Assembly (NCBI RefSeq): GCF_000485595.1
Contig: NW_014577065.1
Span: 986,938-1,050,937, forward strand
Direction of reading: 5' to 3'
Origin: Priapulus caudatus
Lineage: Eukaryota
Length of the DNA: 64,000 nt
Made by a program: the position numbers and the translations under genes. This document shows, in pieces, positions 16,491 through 29,710 of this stretch. Under the pieces are notes generated by a model, which did not search any database, was not told the origin of the DNA, and was given only the letters and a program-made list of their open reading frames with translations. Numbering within the stretch: the stretch's first letter is position 1; the number at the start of each line of letters is the position of its first letter.

Positions 16491-18650
16491 GGTTGCTTAG
16501 ACGCGTATGTGTGCTCCAGAGCGCATACGTTACGTCACTGTGCAGCAAGCATTCGCCCAAAGATGCTGTGGCGTGAGCATCTACTGCTGCTGAGTCCGTG
16601 AGAATAAGCAGCTGCTAACATCTATGGCTGAGGGAGTAAACGCTATGTAAGGGGAGAATAGAGCGTGGTTTATTTACCGTAGTGTCAAGTAATGAAAGTG
16701 GCTATAACATTTAACAACACTACACTAGTGCAATCACCTTGAACACCGTAGTAACTTATAGTAATGAGCAGTAAAACTGGTTAGCGTCGTGCTATGAATC
16801 GGCTATACGTATAAATTGCATATTTTGAGGATAAAGTCTTTGTTGAATTCAAACAGAACACTAGTACGTGGGGGGGGGGAGGCGTTAAAACGGGCTCATT
16901 TTTATACAAGTTCGTGTATCGTGAACTCTAGATTGTGTTTTTGCGGAATTAACTGTGATGACGATTTGATAAATTGAGAAGATCGTATCACTGCTGTGAA
17001 TCATCATATAGGCAGTGCAGCAAATAACAGGCGAGCCGGCCGAATTTCCAACCACATCCATCTATTTAAAATCTGCTCTTTTTAACATATTTTCGATAGC
17101 CAGTAAATCCGATTGCGTCTGACATGCGAAATGATGCGAATTGAAATTACACCGAAGTTCGTAGCGTGATCGATGCGGTTTTATCTACAGGGTCGATCGA
17201 AGTGCGTTGCAGAAAAGCTTTGGTCCGCTCTTAGTGTCATGACTTCATATAGGAAATTCACAGTAATTTATATTAAACATGAAATTTCCAATTTTTACAT
17301 ATCGGCTGATATATATATATATTATATCCTTATGATACTGAATAAATAAGCCTAATATTTTTTAGCCATATAATGCTTCTTTAGGGGTGTCGCAAAAGCA
17401 ATAGCTGCCGCATGAACCAATTCATTAACAAAAAAATTATCTCCGGTTTCACATGTGATATACCGAGAAAATAACGTGCGCTAATTGCAGGTGTAATAAT
17501 AGCAATCTGACCGCTAAATAACCTCTAATTAATGTTTCCTGTGGCTCTATGTCCTACAGACAAAGGAGAGGTCCAGGTAACTGGCCGTGCGTAGTAGCTA
17601 TAATTACAGGGGAGCGTTTTCACAATCAGCAATTTTCATAACATTTGTTTCCGCGGAAAATAATTTGGCCATAAAGATATGTCTATCCGATGTTCCCTCC
17701 TCGTTAATATTAATTTTAAAGATTTTTGTCGATGATTTGTATTTTGTTAACATTTTATATTTAAATGCATTTTAATATACTGTTGGTCTGGCACTGAGTA
17801 CCATTTTGGTCAGGCACGAGATACACAAATCAGATAGTAGATATACTTTGTCAATATCGATATAGAGAGTTTCTTGGTTGCATAGAATGGCGAAGAGTTG
17901 ATGTATAGAAATAGTGGTGTTGTGAAATCACACGTATACACGCACACGCTCGAATGCACGCATGCACGCATGCATGCGCGTACACACAGACACACACAGT
18001 GGGTCATACCCGGTGTAATACTAGCTTGGGTAATCGAATTTGGTGCGTGAGGATCTGTATATACATTTTGTTGCGTATCGCGTCGGTCATCTGGTTGTCC
18101 CAGGGTAGAAACAACAGCATATCGCGGTAGTGACTAGAGCATCTAATATACAGAGAGTGCGTCGTACACACATAGACACACTCGCTGCAGCCGCACATGA
18201 ATTATTTAGCATCGGCCGCCTCGTCATCTATCAATTTGTTTTCGTTTAGCAAACAACGATTCCGAGCGCACAATTCTGTTTGTTAAATGTAATTTATAGG
18301 AACCAATCGACGCCGGAATGCACGCCGAGCGAATTCGAGCGATGATGATGAAGTGTGACGATACTATGCGATTAACACAAACCTCGATTAAGCGAAATTT
18401 GCATCGCCGCCGCAGACGTACGTACGCCGCATGAAGCCAGCGAGTCCATAGCTAATCTTCTAATAGCGATTTTTTACATGAGGTTTTGTGCGCTCGGCTT
18501 CGTAGATTAACGTTTTACTCAATTAAAACATCGAGCATGTCGGAGAGCGCGCGTGTAAGCGTTGATGAATGGGATTAACAACTGCCCACTTCTCCTGCCA
18601 TACAGAGACCCTGATTAATATCAGGTATTAGTGACACCCACCTCGCTCTC

Positions 18651-18938
18651 GCAGGCAGGCAGACAGGCAGGCTGGCAGGCAGGCAGGCAGACAGACAGAC
18701 AGACATGCCCGCAGGCAGGCAGGCAGGCAGGCAGGCAGGCCGGCGGGCGGGCGGGCGGTTGGGCAGGCAGGCAGGCAGGCAGGCAAGCAGGCAGGCAGAC
18801 AGACAGACAGACAGGCAGGCATATACATGCAGCCATGCAGAGAGGCAGGCAGGCAGGTAGGTAGGCATGCACACATACAGACAAGTAGGCAGATATACAG
18901 ACATGCAGACAGGGAGACAGGCAGACAGGCAGACAGAC
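18651..18938 (+). repeat. (CAGG)n/(CAGA)n tetranucleotide repeat
   Basis: Directly visible. Confidence 0.92.
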
Positions 18939-20509
18939 GCCCCTCGCTTAGTGCGTGGTTTATATGTAGATGTTACAAACTGCGAGCAAATTAATTACGT
19001 AAATATTAAACCGTCTATTGTTTGCGTTTATGTTACGATGCGTCCCATGGAATAGGACCATAACAATACGCTCTGATATATAAATAAAAGATATATATTC
19101 AAAAATGTTCCCTTTCCGCGCGCGCGACCTCGCGCCATCTGCCTTTGCCATCGGAGCTCCGAGCTCGCATATAATTGTCCATTCATAGGCGATATAGTCA
19201 CCGCACGGCTTTGTCATGCCGTAACAAATAGCACGGATACATGACATACTCAGCTAGAGGCTTTTAATCGTCCTATCTCCGGTGGCGCGTTGTGGACGAT
19301 CACCATATGGTAATTAACTCACCTGGCCGCGTCTATCTCTCACGCACAGTCCGCTGGCCTCGCGTAGTTTATGGTGTCGTTGTGATCAGGTGCATGCGGT
19401 GTTACGCGGCATATAGGCAGGCCTTCGCTTGACGATCGTGAGCGAGAGCGGAGCGCCACGTAATTTGCATATGCGCGGTGCGTGCGTTTTGTTCGCGGTT
19501 ATCTATTAGTTTAATGGTACACGATTTCGGTAATGGAACGAGTTTATGTACGGATTAATCCTTTATGTTTCCCCCCTCGGCGCGCCGCTGCATTTCGCGC
19601 TTATCAATAAAACATTTACGTACTAGTTCGGCTGTCAGGTAGAAATCCATACAAAACGGCTTACCGGTGAATGATTTTCAAAAGATTGCGAAAGTTAGTA
19701 CGGATGTCAAGTGACGCTGATAAGCGTAATAAGTTGCTTTTTTGCGTTTGATTTTTTTCGGCGAAGTTTACATAGTAATGTTTGTAGTTGACTGTCACTA
19801 TGGTCGCCGGTCTGCGAATTTTTTTTCCTACACGTTATATCCATTGCAGAGTTTTGGGCTCCTCTGATTGGCTGCTTTGATTTGCTTTGACTCAGCAAAC
19901 CTTCAAAACAAGGGAACAAACGCTATTTGTAAATATTTGTTTTGGTTTATGATCGGTAGTTAAGTAAGTTTTCTGATGTATTTCCCATGAAAAACACATT
20001 TTACTCATTAATATAAAATATAATATCACTATAATTACAATTCTTTGTGTAAATGTGTTATTTTCATCTTAATATATGAGATATGATTATATTATATGAG
20101 AGTTTATTAGATTATAGAGATTATATTATTATTTATTTTATATGAGAGGGTCTGGGCTCTCGTAACACTTACTACATACGTATAGCCCTTCGCTCCGTCG
20201 CAGGAGGAAGGAGCGAATGGCTATAGTACTACAGCTGTACGTACTCGTACTTGTTGACGCTAGACTGAGAAAAAAGTTTTTTGATGTATCTCCCATGAAA
20301 AACTTAAAACACACATTTTACTCATTAAGATCAAATATAATATCAATATAATTGCAATTCTTTGTGTACATGTATTTTCAAATGTAAACAAGTACTAACA
20401 CATAAGGTGTCGTTTTATAATAACAAAGGTTTGTTTACTTTTTGTTCAGTCTAGCGTCAACGAGTACGTATAGCTCTAGTACTAGTCTATAGCCCTTCGC
20501 TCCTTCCTC

Positions 20510-20575
20510 TAGATACAATAATGTAACTCAACAAGAGTAGGGTTACATTGTTGTTGGGCTACATTATTGTATCTA
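20510..20575. mobile_element. 66 bp nested mini-MITE with a 9-bp TSD
   Basis: TIR TAGATACAATAATGTA...TACATTATTGTATCTA with TCCTTCCTC on both sides (20501-20509 and 20576-20584). The left arm shows the empty site. Confidence 0.88.
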
Positions 20576-20865
20576 TCCTTCCTCCTGCGACAGAGCGAAG
20601 AGCTACTCTATAGTACGAGTACGTATACGTACGTATGTAATAAGTGTTACGAGAGCCCAGACCCTCTCATAACTTAAGATTAAGATGAAAATAACACATT
20701 TACACAAAGAATTGTAATTGTAGTGATATTATATTTTATATTAATGAGTAAAATGTGTGCTTTTCATAAAAAATACATCAGAAAACATACTTATCTACTG
20801 ATAATAAACTAAAACAAATATTTTCAAATGGCGTTTGTTCTCTTGTTTTGAAGGTTTGTTAAGTC

Positions 20866-20935
20866 CATAGATATATACAACTATATTGATATATTGTTGT
20901 ATTGTTGAATTGTTGTATTGTTGTATATATCTATG
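20866..20935. mobile_element. 70 bp nested mini-MITE with CATAG termini and a 7-bp TSD (P-superfamily-like)
   Basis: TIR CATAGATATATACAA...TTGTATATATCTATG flanked by TTAAGTC and TTGAGTC (one mismatch). The left arm has a single site (reverse complement CTGAGTC). Confidence 0.8.
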
Positions 20936-23173
20936 TTGAGTCAAAGCAAATCAAAGCAGCCAATCAGAGGAGCCCAAAACTATGCAATGGGTATAACGTG
21001 TAGGGGAAAAAAATTCGAAGGCCTTGTAGCGAGGACTGCCGAATCGTGACACCTGGATATGCAGTAAGGCTTGCAGCAATAATACCTGTAATTATAGAAA
21101 TTGTCATCATTATTGCCGACCTTCCTCTTCTATCACTTATCGGGGCTATCGGGCTTTATATCAGCTAAAAAATAATCGCCGTTGCAATTAAGAGAAATTG
21201 TGCTTGACTACATGCAAGGGACGTTCGTTATTGTGTGTGCTCATTGTACGCGATACTGTTGTGGAAACTAGTATTTGCTATAGTGATAAGGTGATCTATT
21301 AGGGAAAGTGTTACTGATCGAGCTCGTAGCACATGCCACAGACCACCTGGCAGTATTCTGTAAACCAGCAAGCCAAACAAATATTTAAAGCATCATGTTT
21401 AATAGCTGCCCAATTTCGCGTCGTTTTTTTGTAGCATAATTTTGCCTCTTCGTTCACAGTAACTAGTGCTGCAATTGCGCATTTGGATTCTCGACACATT
21501 TATATGCAAATTAATATAACGCATCATGCTTTATAATACCTACCCATTAATATTTTACTAATATTAAACTTGGAATATAACTAAAAGAATATGAATAAAA
21601 ACAACATACAATGCATTAATATCATACTGTGCAATCACTGTGCTTTGGTGTATATAGTGGAGAATGGTATAGTTCCTTGTTATAACTCTATACGGACATC
21701 AACATAAATCCAAGCATTCGCTTTACGATTTTAGATCAGAATTGCAATAGAGCTTCCGGTGCTCGCAGGTTACCAAAACTGAATGAATCCATATTATGTT
21801 ATATTTTATTATATCAATAATCCTTACCTGGTGTTTGCTGCCCTCCTGTGTTAAATAACGGGTGATCTTTATGGAAACGCGGTACAGTCCTATATCGTTA
21901 ACGTGTACGATAAAGATCGTCAAGTTACGGATTTGAAATGTCTTCTTTTCAGAAGCGAAGTCCATGCGATCTGACTGTTCTGCACGAAATCGGAGGTGAG
22001 CTGATCCTTAATAAAATGCATTCACATTAAATTACATTACATTTATTTGTGTAAATAATGGCACTTAGTGGAGAATATAAGAGTCATCCCACTGCTATTT
22101 CCATTATTATCGTATATGATAACAATTACTACTATTAAATTATTCCACGTGTCTGTGTGTGTGCATGCGTGTGTGTGCGTGCGTGCGTGCGTGCGCATGC
22201 GTGCATGCGTGTGTGTGCGCGTGTGTGTATGCGTGCGTACTTACGTGTGTTGTTAGATTGTAATAGATGACAGCTGTTCACCTACCTAAGTACGTAACCA
22301 AAAATTAGACATATAACCCCTTATTTGCACCTTAAGCTTTAGCTCGGCCTCGGTTATCACGTCTAGTTTTAGTTGCCATGGCTACAGTATGTGAACGCGC
22401 AGGAAAAAACAACAACAATTATAATTACAATTAGCTGCCAAATCAATAGACACCCACGGAATAACAAGCGTATCTTAGGGAAAGTTCCTCATTATAATAA
22501 AAATGCCAACGGAATTTGTCATGCTGAATTTCAGTGTTTCTTTTCTCAAATAATTATTTCAACAAGAATTAATTTAAGCAATCATTACATTCTACTTGCT
22601 AATAACAGCGCTTGTTACATAATTATCAAACAAGCGGACCGACTACGTTACATGGAAAAGTTTCGCACTCCTCGACTGCAATAAACCTGAAATTATACCA
22701 CATTTTAATATGGTAAGATCAGGTACTGTCTGAGACTCGTAAACAGGACTATTGTTCTAGACTTTTGGCATAGAGGGCACGCACTTTGAACAAACAAATA
22801 TATCCTAAAAGTAATAGCTATAAGCTAATAAGATGTTTCTCAAGGAGGTGACAGAATATAAAAACATAGAAGTTTTATGTAAACAAAAATAATGTATGCC
22901 GTTAAAATGTCGTGCATGTCGGCATTTATCTCATATAACCATGGCAAATATGGCAAAGTACGAAACCGCAAAGTGACTATGGAAGGCGGCCAGTAAGGCA
23001 GTAACGCTTACAAATGTTTAATAACGGTTTTAAATTTCAACGTTAGCCATAAATTTTTTATTTGCAAATGCCAATTAGCGTGACACTTACGTTCCCTAAA
23101 CTAGCATGAACAAGCGGCAAACATGGTCGCTATTATTCAACAGCTGCGTTATATGGCTATAGGTAGGGCCTAC

Positions 23174-23215
<42 letters not shown>

Positions 23216-23744
23216 TCACGTGCAAGGAAAAGGATTCCATTTAACAACACAATCGTGGCGCGGGGTTTTCTAGTCCTCCCTCTCTGCCTGTCTCTTTCTC
23301 TCCTTTCGCTCTTTTCCCTTATAATGTCATGGAAAACGCTCACCGTATCCCAGTAAGGCTTAACTCTTGCGTAATGGTGTTTATACTTGCTGCTGTGCGG
23401 ACTGAGCACCCCCGCGGCCTCCCGCAATCATCACGCCCGCCCGCGCGTGAGCAGTCAGTCGTCGTCCGCCGATAATCAGATCAGTGTAATTTTGTCTGAC
23501 GAAGCCCGGCAGTAGATGCGATCCGCATCCCAGGAGCACCCAGCTTCCGCGCGACTTTGCCAGGTCGTCGTGACTGGGTGGGGATACGGTGAGGTATACC
23601 TGTGGGCGAGCCGTGGAGGGAGAGTATGCGTAAGTAGGAGAGCTGATGTGACACTCCGGCTTCTCTGCGCGTCCTAAAACATCGTATCACAAGGTGCATG
23701 TACATCGTAGCAGCGCAAGTATCGTTCGGTTTAAAAAATACATG

Positions 23745-23772
23745 GGTGGATGGATTGATGGATGGATGAATG

Positions 23773-23829
<57 letters not shown>

Positions 23830-23861
23830 CGAGATAAATAGATAGATAGATAGATAGATAT

Positions 23862-23928
<67 letters not shown>
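23745..23928 (+). repeat. (GGAT)n/(GATA)n microsatellite running into a gap
   Basis: Directly visible. Confidence 0.95.
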
Positions 23929-24791
23929 NNNNNNNNNNNNNNNNNNNNNNNNNNNNNNNNNNNNNNNNNNNNNNNNNNNNNNNNNNNNNNNNNNNNNNNN
24001 NNNNNNNNNNNNNNNNNNNNNNNNNNNNNNNNNNNNNNNNNNNNNNNNNNNNNNNNNNNNNNNNNNNNNNNNNNNNNNNNNNNNNNNNNNNNNNNNNNNN
24101 NNNNNNNNNNNNNNNNNNNNNNNNNNNNNNNNNNNNNNNNNNNNNNNNNNNNNNNNNNNNNNNNNNNNNNNNNNNNNNNNNNNNNNNNNNNNNNNNNNNN
24201 NNNNNNNNNNNNNNNNNNNNNNNNNNNNNNNNNNNNNNNNNNNNNNNNNNNNNNNNNNNNNNNNNNNNNNNNNNNNNNNNNNNNNNNNNNNNNNNNNNNN
24301 NNNNNNNNNNNNNNNNNNNNNNNNNNNNNNNNNNNNNNNNNNNNNNNNNNNNNNNNNNNNNNNNNNNNNNNNNNNNNNNNNNNNNNNNNNNNNNNNNNNN
24401 NNNNNNNNNNNNNNNNNNNNNNNNNNNNNNNNNNNNNNNNNNNNNNNNNNNNNNNNNNNNNNNNNNNNNNNNNNNNNNNNNNNNNNNNNNNNNNNNNNNN
24501 NNNNNNNNNNNNNNNNNNNNNNNNNNNNNNNNNNNNNNNNNNNNNNNNNNNNNNNNNNNNNNNNNNNNNNNNNNNNNNNNNNNNNNNNNNNNNNNNNNNN
24601 NNNNNNNNNNNNNNNNNNNNNNNNNNNNNNNNNNNNNNNNNNNNNNNNNNNNNNNNNNNNNNNNNNNNNNNNNNNNNNNNNNNNNNNNNNNNNNNNNNNN
24701 NNNNNNNNNNNNNNNNNNNNNNNNNNNNNNNNNNNNNNNNNNNNNNNNNNNNNNNNNNNNNNNNNNNNNNNNNNNNNNNNNNNNNNNNNNN
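23929..24791. other. Assembly gap
   Basis: Run of N. Confidence 0.99.
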
Positions 24792-24805
24792 TCTCTCTCT
24801 CTCTA

Positions 24806-24863
<58 letters not shown>

Positions 24864-26353
24864 CTCTCTCTCACTCTCACTCTCTCTCTCTCTCTCTCTC
24901 TCTATGGCCGGTCAACCGTCCGCGCGCTGGTAGACGAGGCACGCCGGCGAGTTTGAAATCTCTCTCCGACCATTGTTGCGCGGCGTTGCGGTGCGGTCGG
25001 CCGCTGTCAGACACGATCAGCCACGGTGTCGTCTGCTCGCACGTCATCCGCTCCGCAATCGGTTACAGTCCCATCGCTTGCCGCCGCCGCCGCCGCCGCA
25101 TTGTGGCTGCCGCTCGCGAAAACCGCGCCGACCTGTCAGATGCGATCTCGTTAATACCTGGCTAAAGCGGGCAGCGAGCTGGGCCGCGTGAGCGCGCGAC
25201 TTCTCGCGTGTACGTGGTGGCGTCGTCGACGCGGTACCAGCAGACGACCCACGCCGCGCGCGCGCGTGCATACACACAGCTGCCGCCGCGCGATTTCGCC
25301 GCGCCGAATGGAAAATTGTCACCGAATTACGCTAATAGAGGTAATTTGCCTGTCCGAGTAGTTTCACATGGCCGTTTAGTGGGCCCGGGGTTCCATAAGT
25401 CATGCTGCGGAGCCCCGACATGCCCCAACACGCATTGTGAGCGCAGTCGTTTCGGCGTATTTTACAGTCGTTAGGTTTTCATAAAGTAGTCGTTAATGCT
25501 GCGGTGGAGCGATATCGAGAATTAAACTGGCTTTTTGTACAAAGAGGCATCTTCGCGGCCTATCAAGCTTAAAAGAGCCGAGCACGCCACAGCGTGTATT
25601 GTAGGCTTGTGCGCGTGGTCTCACGCGCGCGGGGTTTCCCACTTCGCCTTTCCCTCCCTTCCATTTCCTTCCCTCTTCTTCCTTTCCATACCGCTCGCGT
25701 TTTGCAATAATTTATACATGCACGATGCGTGTGGGCGCGTGTGCGTGTTTGAGAAGATAAAAAACCAATAGTTCGAACGAACACAATTTCATCGGTATGT
25801 TTACACGTGTCACTTTTTGTGTTGGCTTGTTTAAGCTGATATGCTGGTGACACAAGAGATGATTCAATCCAGGGTACTAGTCATCACTTTGATTTTATTA
25901 ACTGAAGACACCGCGCAGACGTCTGTGACAGCATTATTCGTTGTTTCATCTTCTGTACGAAAATAACCAACGTAGCTCAAATTCACAGATATGAGATAAG
26001 CTATCATCAGTATCGCATGAACATGTAGAGGTGCCAGCGGATAAGGATCAGCGGCTATACAATACATAATACGCCGGGTTTTAGTTATATCTCAGGATGA
26101 TACTGAGAGCTATCGTTCATGTCATTTAATACGCTGTTAAATATAATGTGTAAGCTAGCAATAAATTGCATTTATCTTCCCCCACTGCTGCCCTCATTTT
26201 CTTATTATCGCACATTCGCCCATACGTTGCCATGCGATGCATGGACACAAGAATGTACCTGAACCCAGAATCTGATTGTAGACGAATTCCCAGTTCACGA
26301 TGACGAAGAAACAATGAGAACAAGACGGAGTATACGTAGAAAAGAAATCGGGA

Positions 26354-26462
26354 AAAGAAGAAGAAGAAGAAGAAGAAGAAGAAGAAGAAGAAGAAGAAGA
26401 AGAAGAAAAAGAAAGAAGAACACATAATGATGATGATAGTGATGATGATGATAGTGATGATA

Positions 26463-26539
<77 letters not shown>

Positions 26540-26573
26540 AATAATAATAATAATAATAATTATTATTATTATT
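26354..26573 (+). repeat. Compound trinucleotide repeat (GAA)n-(GAT)n-(AAT)n-(TAT)n
   Basis: Directly visible. It explains the poly-M/I/F ORFs. Confidence 0.95.
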
Positions 26574-27179
26574 AAGAAGAGGTTATTCTCTCTCCCCCCG
26601 CTACCCCTTCCCCGCCAACCTCTCATCTTTGCTCCCTCTCCTTCGTTTCTCCTCCTGCCAGTTTCGCCAGATTTAACACATGACCGAATGCTTGATATGG
26701 TAGGAATAGAAACGGATTAACTTTCCGCAAAGCAGATGAGGTATCGTGACAGCAACCATAACAGGCTGATGGCGCAACTGCACATATAGGCGCTAGACAA
26801 GGAAGCAGCATAGAGCTGGTTGGTTAGCGCCGACCGAACCTTCTATGTATCGATGCAGAATTCAATCTAATTCTACTAACGAGTTAATTCTCCGTATCGC
26901 TTTAATGCGTGCTTCGGGCGCGGCGCGTGTCAATCACTCATCGCATGGCGTACACAATATAGAGTCGAGCAAGAGGCGCGAGTTGTCTCGCGCTACGTGC
27001 CGTCGCTCAGTTCATGTGCCGCGCTCCATCCGTGTAATTCACTCGAGAGCATTAGACGCGCTGCTGACTGGACAAAGCCCTGCTTAAACGGAACATGTCA
27101 TCAGTATAATTGGTTATATGCTGCAGCCGAAGTGATCTGTCTCTCTCGCTCTCGCTTGCTCTTGCTCTCTCTCTTTCTT

Positions 27180-27216
<37 letters not shown>

Positions 27217-27420
27217 CTCTCCCCCTCTTTCGCTTCCCCTTCTCTCTCACTGTCTTTGTCTGTTTACACATGCAGAGAAAAGCAAAGTATGAAACATGTA
27301 TAATGTCACCGCATGTGCTGGGTATTCTGATCCCCACCCCCTGTCTCCATTTTGTATCTCCCTTCTCGCTCTGTCACTTGATCTGTAGCCAATCTTTCGC
27401 TCTGTCTGTGCCCCTCTCTG

Positions 27421-27474
<54 letters not shown>

Positions 27475-27512
27475 GCTCTCTCCGCGACGCCGTAGAAGAA
27501 ACCTGCGAAGGA

Positions 27513-27721
27513 NNNNNNNNNNNNNNNNNNNNNNNNNNNNNNNNNNNNNNNNNNNNNNNNNNNNNNNNNNNNNNNNNNNNNNNNNNNNNNNNNNNNNNNN
27601 NNNNNNNNNNNNNNNNNNNNNNNNNNNNNNNNNNNNNNNNNNNNNNNNNNNNNNNNNNNNNNNNNNNNNNNNNNNNNNNNNNNNNNNNNNNNNNNNNNNN
27701 NNNNNNNNNNNNNNNNNNNNN
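27513..27721. other. Assembly gap between (TC)n tracts
   Basis: Run of N. Confidence 0.99.
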
Positions 27722-27733
27722 TCTCTCTCTCGT

Positions 27734-27890
<157 letters not shown>

Positions 27891-29486
27891 CCCCTCTCTC
27901 TCTCTCTCGTGCGTTGCATCCGCCGCTCCGCTACATGCTATCATCGGCTGGTAAACAGACGATTGCAATTTTAATCACGTCGCCTGTCGACTTACCATCG
28001 CGCGCCTGCTTCGTTCGTCCGCTCGACTGTCAATCACCGACGCGCCGCCTGTTTGCAGGCTTCGCCGCTAGTTGACCCACCTGTTCAGGTGTGCTGGCGC
28101 GTCATCGCATCGCTGCGTGCGTGCGTGGGCGCATGTGTGTGCGTATGTATACACAGGAGGACACTTTCTCCCCGTCTCATCCGCTGAAGCTCGATTTTAC
28201 GTCACACGATCCACACTTAGGCGCGCTGCAGGGAGGGGGGATCGAACGAGCGCTCTAATGGCTACACTGAGCAGGCGGCGGCGGCGGCGGGGTAGCATCA
28301 GTAGAATTTGCATCGTGCGGGGCGTGCGAGCAATTTCTAGCGGCAGATTTGGCGGCCATTAGTCTCTCGGCTAGCGAGCGCGTGTAAGGATACCACACAC
28401 GATTCAGGTGCGCAGTGTCGCGACTATTTACCCATTCAGCGCCATTCAGCCGCTTTGGCAATTTAACGATAAAGTGTGAAAAAACCGCGGACCAGTATCA
28501 GATGAACAAATACGCGCCTGAAAGCGATGAACAGCGCGGTTGCGTGCCGAGGCAGGTAAATAGTGGCATGCGTGATGTCGCACTAATACCCCGGCGCATA
28601 GAATCCGTCCGATAAAGGCAGCAGTAATTAACACCATTGTCTTGCGCGTTTTGTTTAGCGCCAGTCAAAAGGTGCTTCGCTGTCAGTGCCGTCGTCGTCA
28701 TCGTCGTCGGCGGCGGCGGCGATATCGGCCAATCAAAACAGCAACGTCTTTACGCATTATTGCGCCCGATACCCGACGTTACCGTAATGGCGGCAATGAT
28801 GGTGGCGGTGGCGCGGCGAGCGTTTTTTTCTTCGGCTGCCATCGTGCGACCATCGTTGTCAGTGCGCACCCGGGAAGAGTTGGGAGGAGGGGCAGCGCAC
28901 CGAAAAAAAAATTATCCTCGCCTTCATTATAACCCGAAAACTTGTGTTAACTCCGTTTGCGTAATGGCGCGGATTAATAACGCACGGGTGGCTCGCTTTC
29001 CGCGGGTTCGGCGGCGGTGGTGGCGCGGAGACGTACGTCAATAACTCGTGAGAGTCTTGCGGAGGCGGTGCACTTGCGCACCGCTCGCCCTAACCCCCGT
29101 CAGCTTCGTCCGCCGGCTGAAAGCGCCTTCGCGCGAACGCGTCGCCAATTAGGTGCACGCCATCGCAGCGACGAAAACAAACCGACAGAGGAGATGCGCC
29201 GTGATGCCCGCGGAGATCTCTTCGTCGTGCGCGGGGGAGAGGAATGCAGAGGAGCAGGGGAAGCATACCGAGGGATGGTACCGACCTGGTGGGTACCGAG
29301 GGGTGGAGTGCGTGCGTGCGTGAGTGAGTGCGTGCGAAATACCCGCGAGCGCTCACCGGCGTCGGTCGTTTGCTGTTGTTGGATTTGCCGACAGAAGATC
29401 GAAGATTTTCGGAGGGGCGATGTTGTTTTAGTGGTGTTACACGCCCGCTGTCATCCAGGCGTGATATGAATGGGGTTATGGGGCCA

Positions 29487-29710
<224 letters not shown>

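Larger units (their letters stand above)
19809..21023. mobile_element. Non-autonomous foldback / long-TIR element, ~1.2 kb
   Basis: Left arm 19809-20277 is the reverse complement of right arm 20437-21023. For example GTTTTGGGCTCCTCTGATTGGCTGCTTTGATTTGCTTTGACTCA pairs with TGAGTCAAAGCAAATCAAAGCAGCCAATCAGAGGAGCCCAAAAC. The spacer is ~160 bp. No ORF and no clear outer TSD. Confidence 0.88.

Noticed and set aside
23496..23535. Hammerhead ribozyme (CTGACGA...GCGATCCGCATC)
   Set aside because: The GAAA core is missing and stems I and II do not pair convincingly.
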